Under the pieces are notes generated by a model. That model did not search any database and was not told where the DNA came from. It saw only the letters and a list, made by a program, of their open reading frames with translations. From contig JBHELF010000160.1 in the NCBI GenBank assembly GCA_046263155.1, positions 2,814-66,813 of the forward strand: 64,000 bases of DNA, read 5' to 3'. Source of the DNA: Actinomycetota bacterium (GTDB taxonomy: Bacteria > Actinomycetota > CADDZG01 > WHSQ01). This document shows positions 45,501 to 54,497 of this stretch, piece after piece (the stretch's first letter is position 1; each line of letters opens with the position of its first letter). A program made the position numbers and the translations under genes.

Positions 45501-46221
45501 CCAGATCGTGATCGATCAGTTCCTGGTGGCCGGTGAAGACAAGTGGGACCAGGCCTCGGGACTCGTCCTTCTTCTGCCGCATGGTTACGAGGGTCAGGGT
45601 CCGGAGCATTCCAGCGCGCGCCTGGAAAGGTTTCTGTCCCTTGCCGCTGAGGATTCGATCCAGGTAGTTCAGCCCACGACACCCGCGCAGTACTTTCACG
45701 TGTTGCGTCGCCAGATGCTTCGCTCGGTGCGCAAGCCGTTGATCATCCTGACGCCCAAGTCGCTGCTCAGGCATCCGGCGGCCAGAAGCGCGACCGCGGA
45801 TCTAGAAACCGGCCAGTTCCGGGAAACTCTCGACGATCCGCGCGTCGATGATCCTTCGACAGTCGCCCGCATCCTCGTGTGTAGTGGGAAGGTCGCCTAC
45901 GACCTCGATAAGCAGCGGACCGAGCGCAAGGCAAGGGCGGCCATCGTGAGACTCGAGCAGCTTTATCCGTTCCCGCGCGCGCAACTGGCAGAGATCTTCG
46001 ACCGCTACGCGAACGCCAACGATGTGCGCTGGGTGCAGGAGGAGCCGGAGAACATGGGGGCCTGGGCGTTCATCCATCACCGACTCGAGGGCCGGCTGCC
46101 CGAACGTCTGGATCTAACCTTCGCGGCGCGTGCGGAGAGCGCCAGCCCCGCGACCGGCAGCCACACCGTGCACGAGCAGGAACAAGAGGACTTGATGGAG
46201 CACGCCTTCGTAGACCTCTAA
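42580..46221 (+). CDS. kgd: multifunctional 2-oxoglutarate decarboxylase/dehydrogenase E1 (Kgd/OdhA type with N-terminal acyltransferase-like domain)
   Basis: FGPNVWLVDEMYRRY, an E2-like segment (TSTYDHRVIQGAESGQF), then E1 motifs (HRGRLNVLANI, GDVKYHLG, LHGDAAFAGQG, RYGHNE). Confidence 0.95.
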   Translation: MDKEDIEREAFGPNVWLVDEMYRRYQENPQAVGEQWREFFADYKPGMDAAHKTKASGESEASTAVEPPAEPEEAKPLAEVRPLRPEQAQPAPPETVEDATPLRGVAARIAENMEASLGVPTATSVRHVPAKLLEENRRIINRYLEGTRGGGKVSFTHLIGYALLKALEMRPGMKVSYTEIDGKPHAVHHKHVNFGLAIDIERSDGTRTLLVPNIKLADELDFADFWAAYEDLIRRVRANDLSPEDFAGTTVTLTNPGTVGTRMSVPRLMPNQGLIVGTGAIDYPPEYEASDPRALARLGVSKVLTITSTYDHRVIQGAESGQFLAQVHQLVLGSERFYDEVFASLGIPYAPVRWSRDIALMDDLDTALDKQSMVGRLTAMYRVRGHLLAELNPIGWELLYHPELDLAHYGLSVWDLDREFLTDGLPGPRKMQLREIVEILRDAYCRHIGIEFMHISDPDQKLWVQERVEAPDADELAPEDKKHLLDRLNAAESFETFLHSKYLGHKRFSLEGAESLIPMLDELLTQAAAAGMVEAVLGMAHRGRLNVLANIVGKPLREIFREFEGDIDPNSVQGSGDVKYHLGMTGSFTSRFGDELGVVLASNPSHLEAVDAVVEGMTRAKQDLLGGGADEKLLPVLLHGDAAFAGQGVVAETFNMSTLPGYRVGGTVHIVVNNLIGFTTAPTAGRSSTYATDIAKIVQAPIFHVNGDDPEACLRVMRLAFAYRQKFKKDVVIDLVCYRRYGHNEADEPAFTQPLMYARIEERRSVRKLYTELLLNRGELTVEEAERALEDFKAKLQQAFDETRKEERPPDLRAARPPEPIGVLPPVETGVTRERLDTVHRAITSWPPTFEPHPKLAKMLEKRRDLLDRNAIDWAAAEALAFGSLLIEGTTVRLSGQDSRRGTFSQRHSVLVDHRTGEEYVPLNHLQPAQAPFRAFDSLLSEYAAMAFEYGYSVANGDALVCWEAQFGDFMNGAQIVIDQFLVAGEDKWDQASGLVLLLPHGYEGQGPEHSSARLERFLSLAAEDSIQVVQPTTPAQYFHVLRRQMLRSVRKPLIILTPKSLLRHPAARSATADLETGQFRETLDDPRVDDPSTVARILVCSGKVAYDLDKQRTERKARAAIVRLEQLYPFPRAQLAEIFDRYANANDVRWVQEEPENMGAWAFIHHRLEGRLPERLDLTFAARAESASPATGSHTVHEQEQEDLMEHAFVDL

Positions 46222-49025
46222 AAGATGGCGAGCAGCACGACCACGCCGGCGCGGCGCAGCGATGGAAGCACCCGGTACGCGAAGGGGTGTTCCTCGACGT
46301 CCAAGCCTTGGGGATTGAGGAACTCGAAGACGGCTCTGTCTCCGCGGCGCTCAAACAAGACGTCGTCATCGAAGTTCCGCAAGACCTCCATCGCCTGCGC
46401 TGCCTGCGCTGCCGGAACATCGATGCGGATCGGGCGCCCCGGCCCGGTTTGATCAGGAACCGACGCGGCCGCACGCTTCAGCGCACGGTTCCATACCGGA
46501 GCCGAGAGATCTTCTAGATCCGAAGCCGGTCCCGTTGCCTGAACGATCGCGTTGGCAAGGAAGAGAGCGGAGCCCTCCGTGTAAGCGCGGTAGTTCGGCT
46601 CGCCCGAAAACAGGACGACGCGGCCCTCTCCGAGCTTCTCCTCGATCAACGCCGCAGTGCCTTTGAGTTCACCCTCACTCTCGGCGTAACCCGAGAAAAA
46701 GAAGTCGGGCGTGTTGGTGGGGTAGCCGGCCACGTTGGCGCCCGACTCGGTGAGGCTGAGGAGGTCCTCGCCGAGGTGGTACCAGTAGGCGAATCCCTGA
46801 GCGCCGAGGCTCAGGGGACCGCGGTCTCCAACACGGACGCGGAAGAGAGTCCCCGGTATGGCGGCGCCACTGGGTGTCAGTTGGGCCGTCGTGTACCCGT
46901 GCCGAACCGCGAACGGAGTACCCCCCGTACTACCAGGTCGCGCGGTACCGATGTAAGTGCCGCCGCCCTCGATCCAGGAGCGGATCTGTGGCTCGGCGGG
47001 CTCGAGTTCTGCGGTCTGAATACCCGGAACGATAAAAGCGTCGTACTCACCCAGGGTGAGTTGGCCCGCCAGGATCTCCGGGGCGCTTAGCAAATCGAAA
47101 GGAATCTCCCAACGTCGTTCGAGCGTGTAGGCGAGGTGGCCCAGCGATTCCGAGAGTGGGATTGCGTAGCGTAGATAGCGCGGCGCGTTATCGAGCGAGC
47201 CGTAGGGGTAGAACACGGCAACGCGCGGAACTCGAATGCGCCTTCCCTCCGGCATCGGAGCCGTGGCAGCTTTCACGCGCAACAACTGCCGTCTCGCCCA
47301 GGTGAGCGTGAGTGCATCGGTTCCGGCTCGGGCGCGCACAACAAAGGAGCCTGAGGGGAGGCGAGTTCCGCCGGTCCTGGCCGGCGCCGACAGCCTGGAC
47401 ACGGGAACGCCCTCGCGTGTCAGGCCGAGTGCAGACGCCACGGCCGCCGGGCTGTCGCCGCGCCACCAAAAGAATCGCGCCCTCGCGGCGGGCCCGGCCA
47501 TGAGGGGGCGGGGAGCCCTTCGTAGCTTGCGACCGACCGGCTGTACGTCCGAGCCGGTAAAGTTCGCCTTCAGATTTGCGAGTAGTGGATTTGACCAGGC
47601 CGTCACGTCATAGAAGTAGGGAAACGGCACGTAGGTGTCCTCGTGAAGCAAGGCCTGGATCCACCGCTTCTGCGGCTGAGCCATGGGAATCCAGAAGGTG
47701 CCCTGCGCAACCACCCCGGATCGGGCCGGTCGCCCGTACCGGTGCAAGACGGGAACGTTGACGTCTTCGCGCAGGCGATAAACCTCCACGCCCATCGACA
47801 TCAGGCGGCGAAGCACCCGGACGACTTCGGGATAGGCGCGGCGAGGGCTTAAGAAATAGTGGCGCACCGTCAAGGGAGGCACCTCTCGTCGAACCTTGTT
47901 CTCCGGCTGCAGGACCAGATTGGACTCCAGAGATCCGGATCTGCCATCTTGGAGCGCATCGATGTGGGCTTCGTAGTACTCACGAAGGATGCGGTCCTTG
48001 TGGTCGGATGCTGCCTTCAGGCTCGTCCAGCCCGCAACGAACTGCTCGATCCAGCGTTGGCGGTCCGTATCCGCGGTTCCCTTTTCGAATGTCATCCCCG
48101 CCGCCGTGAACGCCGTGGTCGGCACCGTGTCGCCGTAACCCATATAGAAGAGGTCGTAGATGCTGTAGTTGAAGTAGTCCCAATTCGCGGGGTCGGAGGA
48201 TTGCCGTTCCTCAAACGCCTTTGCCATCGCTTTTCCGTAGATCTTGTTGATCCAGTCGAGACTCTCGCTGCTGATCTCGTGATAGATGGGATCGGCGTTC
48301 GGCGGAAAGAAGTAGCCACTGCTGCCCATCTCATGAGCATCTATAAAGAGAACCGGTGGGTAGCGCGAGAGAAGCTTTAGCTTGCTGTCGGTCTCGGGCT
48401 GGGTACGCGCGAACCAGTCACGGTTCATGTCGAAGGAGTACGCGTTTTCTCGTGACGAGATATCGCGCCCGTCCGGGTTCTGCGTAGGGATGATGCCGAT
48501 GACCAGGTTGTTGAGCATGTCAGCGACTTCGCAGTCGGTTCTCGAGGCCAGTTCGTAAAGGATCTCGACGGCCGCGTCCGCGCCGGACATCTCGCCGCCG
48601 TGCACATTCGCCGTGTACCAGACGATCGCCGGGGTCGAGACGGCCAGCCGGCGAGCCTCGGCTGCGTCCAACCTCCGCGGATCGCGCAAGCGCTGCTGGA
48701 TCGCGGCCAACCGGTCGACGCGCCGGAGATTGCCGGGACTCGCAACGAGCGAGTACACGAGTGGCGTGCCCTTCCACGAGGTCCCGAACGTGGAGGTTTC
48801 TACGCGCGTGCTCTCGTCGTCCACCCGCCGGAAGTAATCGATGATCTCAGTGGTCGTGACACGTCTGTCCGGATAGCCGGGGATCGCCATGCGGGGATCG
48901 GTAACTGTTCCGTCCCGGGTCGGCTCCTCGGGGCAGCTCCGAGCTTGTAGCCGAGCACCCACGAGCGACGGAACCAGAGCGAAAACCAGTGCGGCTACCA
49001 ACAAGTGCGGCCGACGCTTGCGCAT
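46218..49025 (-). CDS. secreted M14-family zinc carboxypeptidase-like large protein
   Basis: ATG 49025 (MRKRRPHLLVAALVFALVPSLVGA). NVHGGEMSG (HxxE zinc motif), FIDAHEMG. Confidence 0.8.
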   Translation of the reverse strand: MRKRRPHLLVAALVFALVPSLVGARLQARSCPEEPTRDGTVTDPRMAIPGYPDRRVTTTEIIDYFRRVDDESTRVETSTFGTSWKGTPLVYSLVASPGNLRRVDRLAAIQQRLRDPRRLDAAEARRLAVSTPAIVWYTANVHGGEMSGADAAVEILYELASRTDCEVADMLNNLVIGIIPTQNPDGRDISSRENAYSFDMNRDWFARTQPETDSKLKLLSRYPPVLFIDAHEMGSSGYFFPPNADPIYHEISSESLDWINKIYGKAMAKAFEERQSSDPANWDYFNYSIYDLFYMGYGDTVPTTAFTAAGMTFEKGTADTDRQRWIEQFVAGWTSLKAASDHKDRILREYYEAHIDALQDGRSGSLESNLVLQPENKVRREVPPLTVRHYFLSPRRAYPEVVRVLRRLMSMGVEVYRLREDVNVPVLHRYGRPARSGVVAQGTFWIPMAQPQKRWIQALLHEDTYVPFPYFYDVTAWSNPLLANLKANFTGSDVQPVGRKLRRAPRPLMAGPAARARFFWWRGDSPAAVASALGLTREGVPVSRLSAPARTGGTRLPSGSFVVRARAGTDALTLTWARRQLLRVKAATAPMPEGRRIRVPRVAVFYPYGSLDNAPRYLRYAIPLSESLGHLAYTLERRWEIPFDLLSAPEILAGQLTLGEYDAFIVPGIQTAELEPAEPQIRSWIEGGGTYIGTARPGSTGGTPFAVRHGYTTAQLTPSGAAIPGTLFRVRVGDRGPLSLGAQGFAYWYHLGEDLLSLTESGANVAGYPTNTPDFFFSGYAESEGELKGTAALIEEKLGEGRVVLFSGEPNYRAYTEGSALFLANAIVQATGPASDLEDLSAPVWNRALKRAAASVPDQTGPGRPIRIDVPAAQAAQAMEVLRNFDDDVLFERRGDRAVFEFLNPQGLDVEEHPFAYRVLPSLRRAGVVVLLAIF

Positions 49026-49038
49026 CACGAAGAGTTTT

Positions 49039-49428
49039 TCAGCGGTGCGCTGCGAATTCCTCCAGTAAAGCCTGGACCAGGTCACGGATCGACAGCATCC
49101 CCCTGATCTGACCCCCATCGTCGAGCACCACAAGATGTCGGAAGCCGCCGTCGACCATCCGTCGAGCCGCCTCCATGACATCCCAAGAGGCCGAGGCCGT
49201 GATCGCTTCGCCAGTCATGTACCGCTCCACCGTCGTGGTCTGAAGATCCACTCCATCCGACACCGCCCGCAACAGGTCGCGCTCGGTGATGATCCCCGGT
49301 TGGCCCTCCTGTTTCAGGACGACGGCCGACCCCACCCGCTTGGCAACCATGCGCCGGGCGGCCTCCGCGAGGTTGTGGTCCGGCCCGATCGTTACGACGT
49401 TCTGCGTAATGAGCGGGCCGATCTCCAT
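49039..49428 (-). CDS. CBS-domain pair protein
   Basis: Two CBS repeats (VVTIGPDHNLAEAARRM...VGSAVVL and AITASASWDVMEAARRM...FRHLVVLD). Confidence 0.85.
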   Translation of the reverse strand: MEIGPLITQNVVTIGPDHNLAEAARRMVAKRVGSAVVLKQEGQPGIITERDLLRAVSDGVDLQTTTVERYMTGEAITASASWDVMEAARRMVDGGFRHLVVLDDGGQIRGMLSIRDLVQALLEEFAAHR

Positions 49429-50469
49429 TTAGAGCTCGCTCTTTTGCGGTGCTACCAAACGCCAGGGCAGAAGCCCTTTCTCGCGCGCCCCGTAGATGGT
49501 CTCGGCCAGCGTGTCGAGCACGTCATAGCGCGGCTCCCAGCCCAGCTTCGTCCGGGCCTTGGTGCAGTCCATCAGTACGGGAACCTTAAGCGCCTGGAGC
49601 CACTTCGTTTCGGATGGAAGCAGGGGGAGCCGCGACACGATCTTCGCGGTGGTGTCCACGGCGAGCTCGGGAATCGGAATGGAGTACCAGCCCAGGGCGT
49701 TCGCTATATCGGCGATCGTGATGTCTCCCTCCGCGGCGAGGTTGTAGGTACCTGGCTCACCCTCGCCGAGAATGGCGAGCTCGAACGCTGCTGCAACGTC
49801 ATCTTCGTGCACAAGTTGAAAGGCGATTCCGGGATCCGGCACAACAGGCCGTAGGAGAGGAATGGCTCCGGCGAGCCTCTTAACCGGACCGGGCAATCGT
49901 TCCCCAAGCTGTACATAGGGGATCTTCTCGATGAGCGTAAGGGCGCGCGGTCCCGCCACAATGCAAGGTCGAAATACATAGACGTCGAGGCCTTGGCCTC
50001 GGGTCATCTCTTGGAGAAGTCTCTCGACCTCGGCTTTTTGACGCGAGTAATAGTGCGACTCGAACCCGCGCGCAGGGATTTCTTCGGTCAGTACCTGCGG
50101 GTTTTCCTCATGCCATCCATACGCCGCGACCGACGAGGCGTAGACCAGCCGTCGCGCCGAGGATCCGACGGTCGCCTCGAAAACGATGCGCGAGCCCTCA
50201 ACGTTTATCTTCTCGGTTTCCTCCGATTTCCCGAAGATCGCAAACGCGAGATGGACCACGACGTCGGCCCGCGCGACAAGCTCTTCCACCGAAGTCCGAT
50301 CGAGGATGTCTCCTCGCAGGTACTCGGTCTTGGTGAGACCCTCTGCCCCCGGGTTGAACGGGCTTCGTGCCATTCCGATGACACGTCGCACCTCAGGTCG
50401 GTGCTCGAGTCGATGAAGCAAAGCTCTGCCCAGATCGCCTGTCGGTCCCGTAACCGCGACGGTTGTCAT
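49429..50469 (-). CDS. NAD-dependent epimerase/dehydratase (extended SDR) family protein
   Basis: VAVTGPTGDLGRAL Rossmann motif and YSRQK catalytic YxxxK. The stop abuts the CBS gene start with no gap. Confidence 0.8.
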   Translation of the reverse strand: MTTVAVTGPTGDLGRALLHRLEHRPEVRRVIGMARSPFNPGAEGLTKTEYLRGDILDRTSVEELVARADVVVHLAFAIFGKSEETEKINVEGSRIVFEATVGSSARRLVYASSVAAYGWHEENPQVLTEEIPARGFESHYYSRQKAEVERLLQEMTRGQGLDVYVFRPCIVAGPRALTLIEKIPYVQLGERLPGPVKRLAGAIPLLRPVVPDPGIAFQLVHEDDVAAAFELAILGEGEPGTYNLAAEGDITIADIANALGWYSIPIPELAVDTTAKIVSRLPLLPSETKWLQALKVPVLMDCTKARTKLGWEPRYDVLDTLAETIYGAREKGLLPWRLVAPQKSEL

Positions 50470-50623
50470 GTCGCCATCGTAGGTGCTACTGGACTTTGGG
50501 CAGCCTCCCGCCCACCCAAAAACCGCTCATTGGTTGCTACTCGTCAACCTGGGTTAGGGCGCGACTCATTCTGCGATGGTATGCACATCTCGGCCCGGCC
50601 AGCCCGGTAACTAGGATGCGCGC

Positions 50624-51760
50624 GTGATCGAGATCGCGCGCTGGATTGCCTTTATCGCGGGTGTCCTTGTGGTGGTGGGCACCGCCGGAAGCGTGGTGCG
50701 CTTCCTGGTGGTTCCCCGAGGCCTGACCTCCAAGGTGCCGGTGGTCGTCGCACGGACGATCAGGCGCGTCTTCTCCTTTCTCGCCAACCGGGTGGATACC
50801 TATGAGGCCAAGGATCGAGTCCTCGCCATTCAGGCCCCCGTAGTACTGCTGTCCCAGCTACTCGTCTTTCTGACCCTCTTCCTCCTGGGTTACGCGTTGA
50901 TCTTGCTGCGAGTTGTGAATCTCAGCCCCGGGCAATCCCTGCTGGAGGCGGGATCGTCGATCTTCACGTTGGGATTTGCAGGTACGCACTCGGTGGGCGC
51001 CACAATCGTCCACTTCATGGCGGCGGGGACCGGACTGGTCCTAATAGCGCTACAGATCGGATATCTGCCGACGCTTTACGCGGCCTTCAATCGCCGCGAG
51101 ACGTTGGTCACGATGCTTCAGAGCCGGGCCGGCGCCCCGGCATGGGGGCCGGAGATCCTTGCCCGACACACGATCGGAAACATGCTCGACGGGTTGCGCG
51201 GTTTATACGCCGATTGGGAGAGGTGGGCGGCCGACGTAGCCGAGAGCCACACGAACTATCCCGCGCTCATCTTCTTTAGATCTCCACATCCGTTGCGATC
51301 GTGGGTGATCGCGCTGCTTGCGGTCATGGATTCCGCAGCGATATGCCTCGCGATGTCTCCCAGCATCGCGGGTACTCAGGCACGCCTCTGCCTACGGATG
51401 GGCTTTCTTTGTCTTCGAAATATCGCGGACTTCTTGCGGATCCCTTACGACCCGGATCCCTTTCCAGACGATCCCATCGCGCTTACGTTCGAGGAGTTCC
51501 GAGGAGGGCTTCACCGGATGTCCGAGCTCGACTTCCCCATGGAACGAACCGCGGAGGAGGCTTGGCCCCATTTCAAGGGCTGGAGAGTCAACTACGAGGC
51601 TCTCGCGTACACGCTCGCGGATCTCATCGTCGCTCCACCCGGACCGTGGTCGGGGCCGCGACGGCACCTGCCGGATTTTGAGATCGTCCCGCAGCGACCG
51701 GCCGATCGACGGCCGGGCGATCGCAAGGAAGAAATGCCGAAAGGATTGGTCGGGCACTAG
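50624..51760 (+). CDS. membrane protein, unknown function (possible 2-TM pore-like N-terminal region)
   Basis: Hydrophobic helices flank SSIFTLGFAGTH, weakly reminiscent of a channel pore loop. Not supportable further. Confidence 0.55.
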   Translation: MIEIARWIAFIAGVLVVVGTAGSVVRFLVVPRGLTSKVPVVVARTIRRVFSFLANRVDTYEAKDRVLAIQAPVVLLSQLLVFLTLFLLGYALILLRVVNLSPGQSLLEAGSSIFTLGFAGTHSVGATIVHFMAAGTGLVLIALQIGYLPTLYAAFNRRETLVTMLQSRAGAPAWGPEILARHTIGNMLDGLRGLYADWERWAADVAESHTNYPALIFFRSPHPLRSWVIALLAVMDSAAICLAMSPSIAGTQARLCLRMGFLCLRNIADFLRIPYDPDPFPDDPIALTFEEFRGGLHRMSELDFPMERTAEEAWPHFKGWRVNYEALAYTLADLIVAPPGPWSGPRRHLPDFEIVPQRPADRRPGDRKEEMPKGLVGH

Positions 51761-51900
51761 CCGAATGTCTTCCGTACAGAACGAGAGGAGGCCCGATCCG
51801 CCAGCTCACCCGACTTCTGCCGCTGCTGCTCCTGGTTCCTTATACGGCTACTGCTATTCCCGCAAGAGCGTCCACGGCCGCTGCCGCGCAGGGGCCACGC

Positions 51901-53295
51901 GTGATCCGTGACGTGGAGGCCGGGATTCATGAGCTCAAGACCCGCCCACCTCAGCAACCCGACACCACGACTGAGCCCTCGATAGCGGTTAATCCCGAGA
52001 ACCCTCTGAATGCCGTCGCCCTCTACCAGGCCGGACGGGTGGATGCAGGCTGCGCGCAGGTAAACGGATACGCGACAACCTTCGACGGAGGCAAGACGTG
52101 GAGTTATGGCCCTCTTCCCAAACTGACCCAGGCTGTCGGCGGAACATCGCCCCTGGCCTCCGATCCCGTAGTCGCATTCGGGCCGGACAACGTCGTGTAC
52201 GCAAACTCACTCATGTGCGACCCGGGGGGAAACAATCTTGCGTTCAGCGTCTCTACCAACGGAGGAAGGACCTGGGGCGATCCGATTTACGTTCCCCGCG
52301 AGCGCACCTTCCCGATGGACGACAAGAATTGGTTCATCGTCGACAACTCAGATGCTCCGGGTCACCACAAGGGGCGCATCTATCTCGTCTGGGACCAGGT
52401 TGCGCCTGTGGTTGCGATGTACTCCGACGACCAGGCTCAGACATGGCATGGGCCGTTCGTCATTTATCCGGGGCAGGGGATAGGCACGATCCCTCTGATT
52501 ACGCCTGCCGGAGATCTTGCCGTCGTCTTTACGACGCTCGCCTCTCCGGTGCCGCCCCTCTATCGCGAGCCGGGCGCGTATGACTCCGAGACAATTACGA
52601 CTGCAGGAAAGATGGTCGTCTCGGTCGCTCCGCGCGCCGGCTCATTGCCCACAGGCGGCCCACTAGTGTTCACTCCGCCTAGTACCGTGGACGCATACCG
52701 CGGCACCGACGTGCGAATGCACCGCGCCTCCGAGGATCTGCCGTCGGCGGCGATCGATCCCAAGTCCGGCCGCATCTACGTTGCCTGGAGCGATAACCGC
52801 TTCCGCGACGATCTCGTGAACGACATCGTGATAACGCATTCGGACGACTTGGGAATCACGTGGTCCGGGGTCAGGAACGTGAATCCAGGAAAACCAGACG
52901 ACTTCGTCGAGCATTTCACCCCCGCGATCGAAGTCGGAACCGACGGCATCCTTCGTCTGTCCTATCGAACCCAGAAACAAGCTGAGGATGTCGTCCGATT
53001 CAGTCCGTATGTGGATACGGTCTATCAGCAGTCTCGAGATGATGGGGAGACCTGGACCAAGCCGCTCAAGGTGAACATCAACGTGCGCACGGACGTTCGC
53101 TTCGCGACCTTCTCGCGGAACAGCGCGTTCTTGGGGGACTACAGCCAGATCGCGGTCACGGGATCGTGGGCCTACATCGTCCGGTGTGAGGCCTTCCGAC
53201 TGTCTCCGAAGGAGAGGGCGACTTTTCCCCCACGCGTACACCATACGCGTGCATGGGTTGCCATCGTGGACGCGGACGGAAACGGCAAGATCTGA
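51901..53295 (+). CDS. BNR/Asp-box repeat (sialidase-like) exported protein
   Basis: Five SxDxGxTW boxes (FDGGKTWS, TNGGRTWG, SDDQAQTWH, SDDLGITWS, SRDDGETWT). The true 5' end is probably near 51796 (see findings). Confidence 0.8.
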   Translation: MIRDVEAGIHELKTRPPQQPDTTTEPSIAVNPENPLNAVALYQAGRVDAGCAQVNGYATTFDGGKTWSYGPLPKLTQAVGGTSPLASDPVVAFGPDNVVYANSLMCDPGGNNLAFSVSTNGGRTWGDPIYVPRERTFPMDDKNWFIVDNSDAPGHHKGRIYLVWDQVAPVVAMYSDDQAQTWHGPFVIYPGQGIGTIPLITPAGDLAVVFTTLASPVPPLYREPGAYDSETITTAGKMVVSVAPRAGSLPTGGPLVFTPPSTVDAYRGTDVRMHRASEDLPSAAIDPKSGRIYVAWSDNRFRDDLVNDIVITHSDDLGITWSGVRNVNPGKPDDFVEHFTPAIEVGTDGILRLSYRTQKQAEDVVRFSPYVDTVYQQSRDDGETWTKPLKVNINVRTDVRFATFSRNSAFLGDYSQIAVTGSWAYIVRCEAFRLSPKERATFPPRVHHTRAWVAIVDADGNGKI

Positions 53296-53717
53296 GCAGC
53301 GGGTCCTGCGCGTCGCTTGATGAGCTTCCAGCGACGGTTCGCGGCCTTATCGACGAGGCGCGCCGCGCCGTGATGGCAACCATTGCCGCGGACGGAACGC
53401 CGCATGCAATTCCCATTACGTACGCGCTCCGGGATGGCGCGTTCATCACCCCGATAGACCACAAGCCGAAAAAGGGCTTCAAGCTCGCACGCGTCCGCAA
53501 CATTGAAAGGGATGGCCGAGTAACAATGCTTATCGACCGCTGGGACGAGGATTGGACGCGGCTGGTCTGGGTCATGGTGAAGGGGCGTGCGCATGTCGAG
53601 CCCGGACCGGTTGTGCCTGCGGAGCTGATCGCTCGTCACGAGCAATACCGAGACCTCATGGAGGATGCACTGATCGTCATTGAGCCGTCGCGGATCCTGT
53701 GGTGGAGCTGGACTTAG
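53253..53717 (+). CDS. PPOX-class (F420-dependent, TIGR03668-like) oxidoreductase
   Basis: LIDEARRAVMATIAADGTPHAIPI...RVRNIERDGRVTMLIDRWDEDW. The start is uncertain: GTG 53253 is the only canonical start before the conserved N-terminus. Confidence 0.7.
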   Translation: MGCHRGRGRKRQDLSSGSCASLDELPATVRGLIDEARRAVMATIAADGTPHAIPITYALRDGAFITPIDHKPKKGFKLARVRNIERDGRVTMLIDRWDEDWTRLVWVMVKGRAHVEPGPVVPAELIARHEQYRDLMEDALIVIEPSRILWWSWT

Positions 53718-54472
53718 AGGTCGCGCTGGAGCGCGTCCTCGAGAACGGAGACGAGTGGCAATCGTGGCGCGGGCTGGCCCTCGCCGCGCGGCTCGAAAAG
53801 ACGGAGGGACCGGAGGCCTCGCCGCCGACTCATCCCGACCAGGACGAGTCAGGAGGGATACGGGGGCCCGGTGGACGCCCCTCGCCGGGCGCTACCGGCG
53901 AGGGGCTGTGTCATCTGAAGTTCATCGGGCTCGGCGGTAGCGAGACGGCGAACCGGGCCGCCGTGTGGCTGTCGTCGGCGCGCACCCCCGCGATGGCCTG
54001 GCTCGACTCGCCCGACGACGTGCCCGGAGATCTGGATACGCCCGCGGCGGGTCGGGTGTGGGCGACGGCATCTGCCGCGTGCGGCCTGCTCGCGGTAGGC
54101 CGCGACGCAGGGCCGCGCGCCATCGATCTGCTGCGCGGGGAAGCCGACATGGAGGGGCGTTTTACCGGCGGCGCCTACACCAGCTTCGCCGCCGCCGGCG
54201 CCTATTGGCTTGCCGAAGGTCCTCAAACCGAAATGGCCGAGTGGGCCCTTCGCTGGGCTCGCGCATCCGCCGAGGACTGGTGGGGCGTGGAGGAGCGGGC
54301 CTCGGCTCTCACGTTCTGGGCCGCGGCGGGCATCCCCGCCGAACATCCCACCGTGGAACGGTTCATCGAGGAGATGCTGACGGATGCCCCCGAGCCGCGG
54401 GGCTGGCCCGATCTCGAGATCACCTTGCTCGTTCTCGAACTCGGCAGTCACTTCGGGGCCTATTCGGCCTAA
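53699..54472 (+). CDS. hypothetical protein
   Basis: Coding-like 257-aa ORF rich in Ala/Trp helical segments. No motif recognised. Confidence 0.5.
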   Translation: MVELDLEVALERVLENGDEWQSWRGLALAARLEKTEGPEASPPTHPDQDESGGIRGPGGRPSPGATGEGLCHLKFIGLGGSETANRAAVWLSSARTPAMAWLDSPDDVPGDLDTPAAGRVWATASAACGLLAVGRDAGPRAIDLLRGEADMEGRFTGGAYTSFAAAGAYWLAEGPQTEMAEWALRWARASAEDWWGVEERASALTFWAAAGIPAEHPTVERFIEEMLTDAPEPRGWPDLEITLLVLELGSHFGAYSA

Positions 54473-54497
54473 CTGGTGAAGCTCTTATAGTGGTTAT

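Noticed and set aside
46218-46221. Overlapping stop codons of the convergent genes kgd and the M14 peptidase. The same occurs for the sulfatase and ECF sigma genes at 62381-62384.
   Set aside because: This is real in the sequence, but it is a common consequence of compact genomes. No specific regulatory implication can be supported.
50900-51100. A potassium-channel-like pore signature (SSIFTLGFAGTH) in the membrane protein 50624-51760.
   Set aside because: The selectivity-filter consensus (T-x-G-Y/F-G-D) is only partly matched, and I cannot verify the fold without a profile search.
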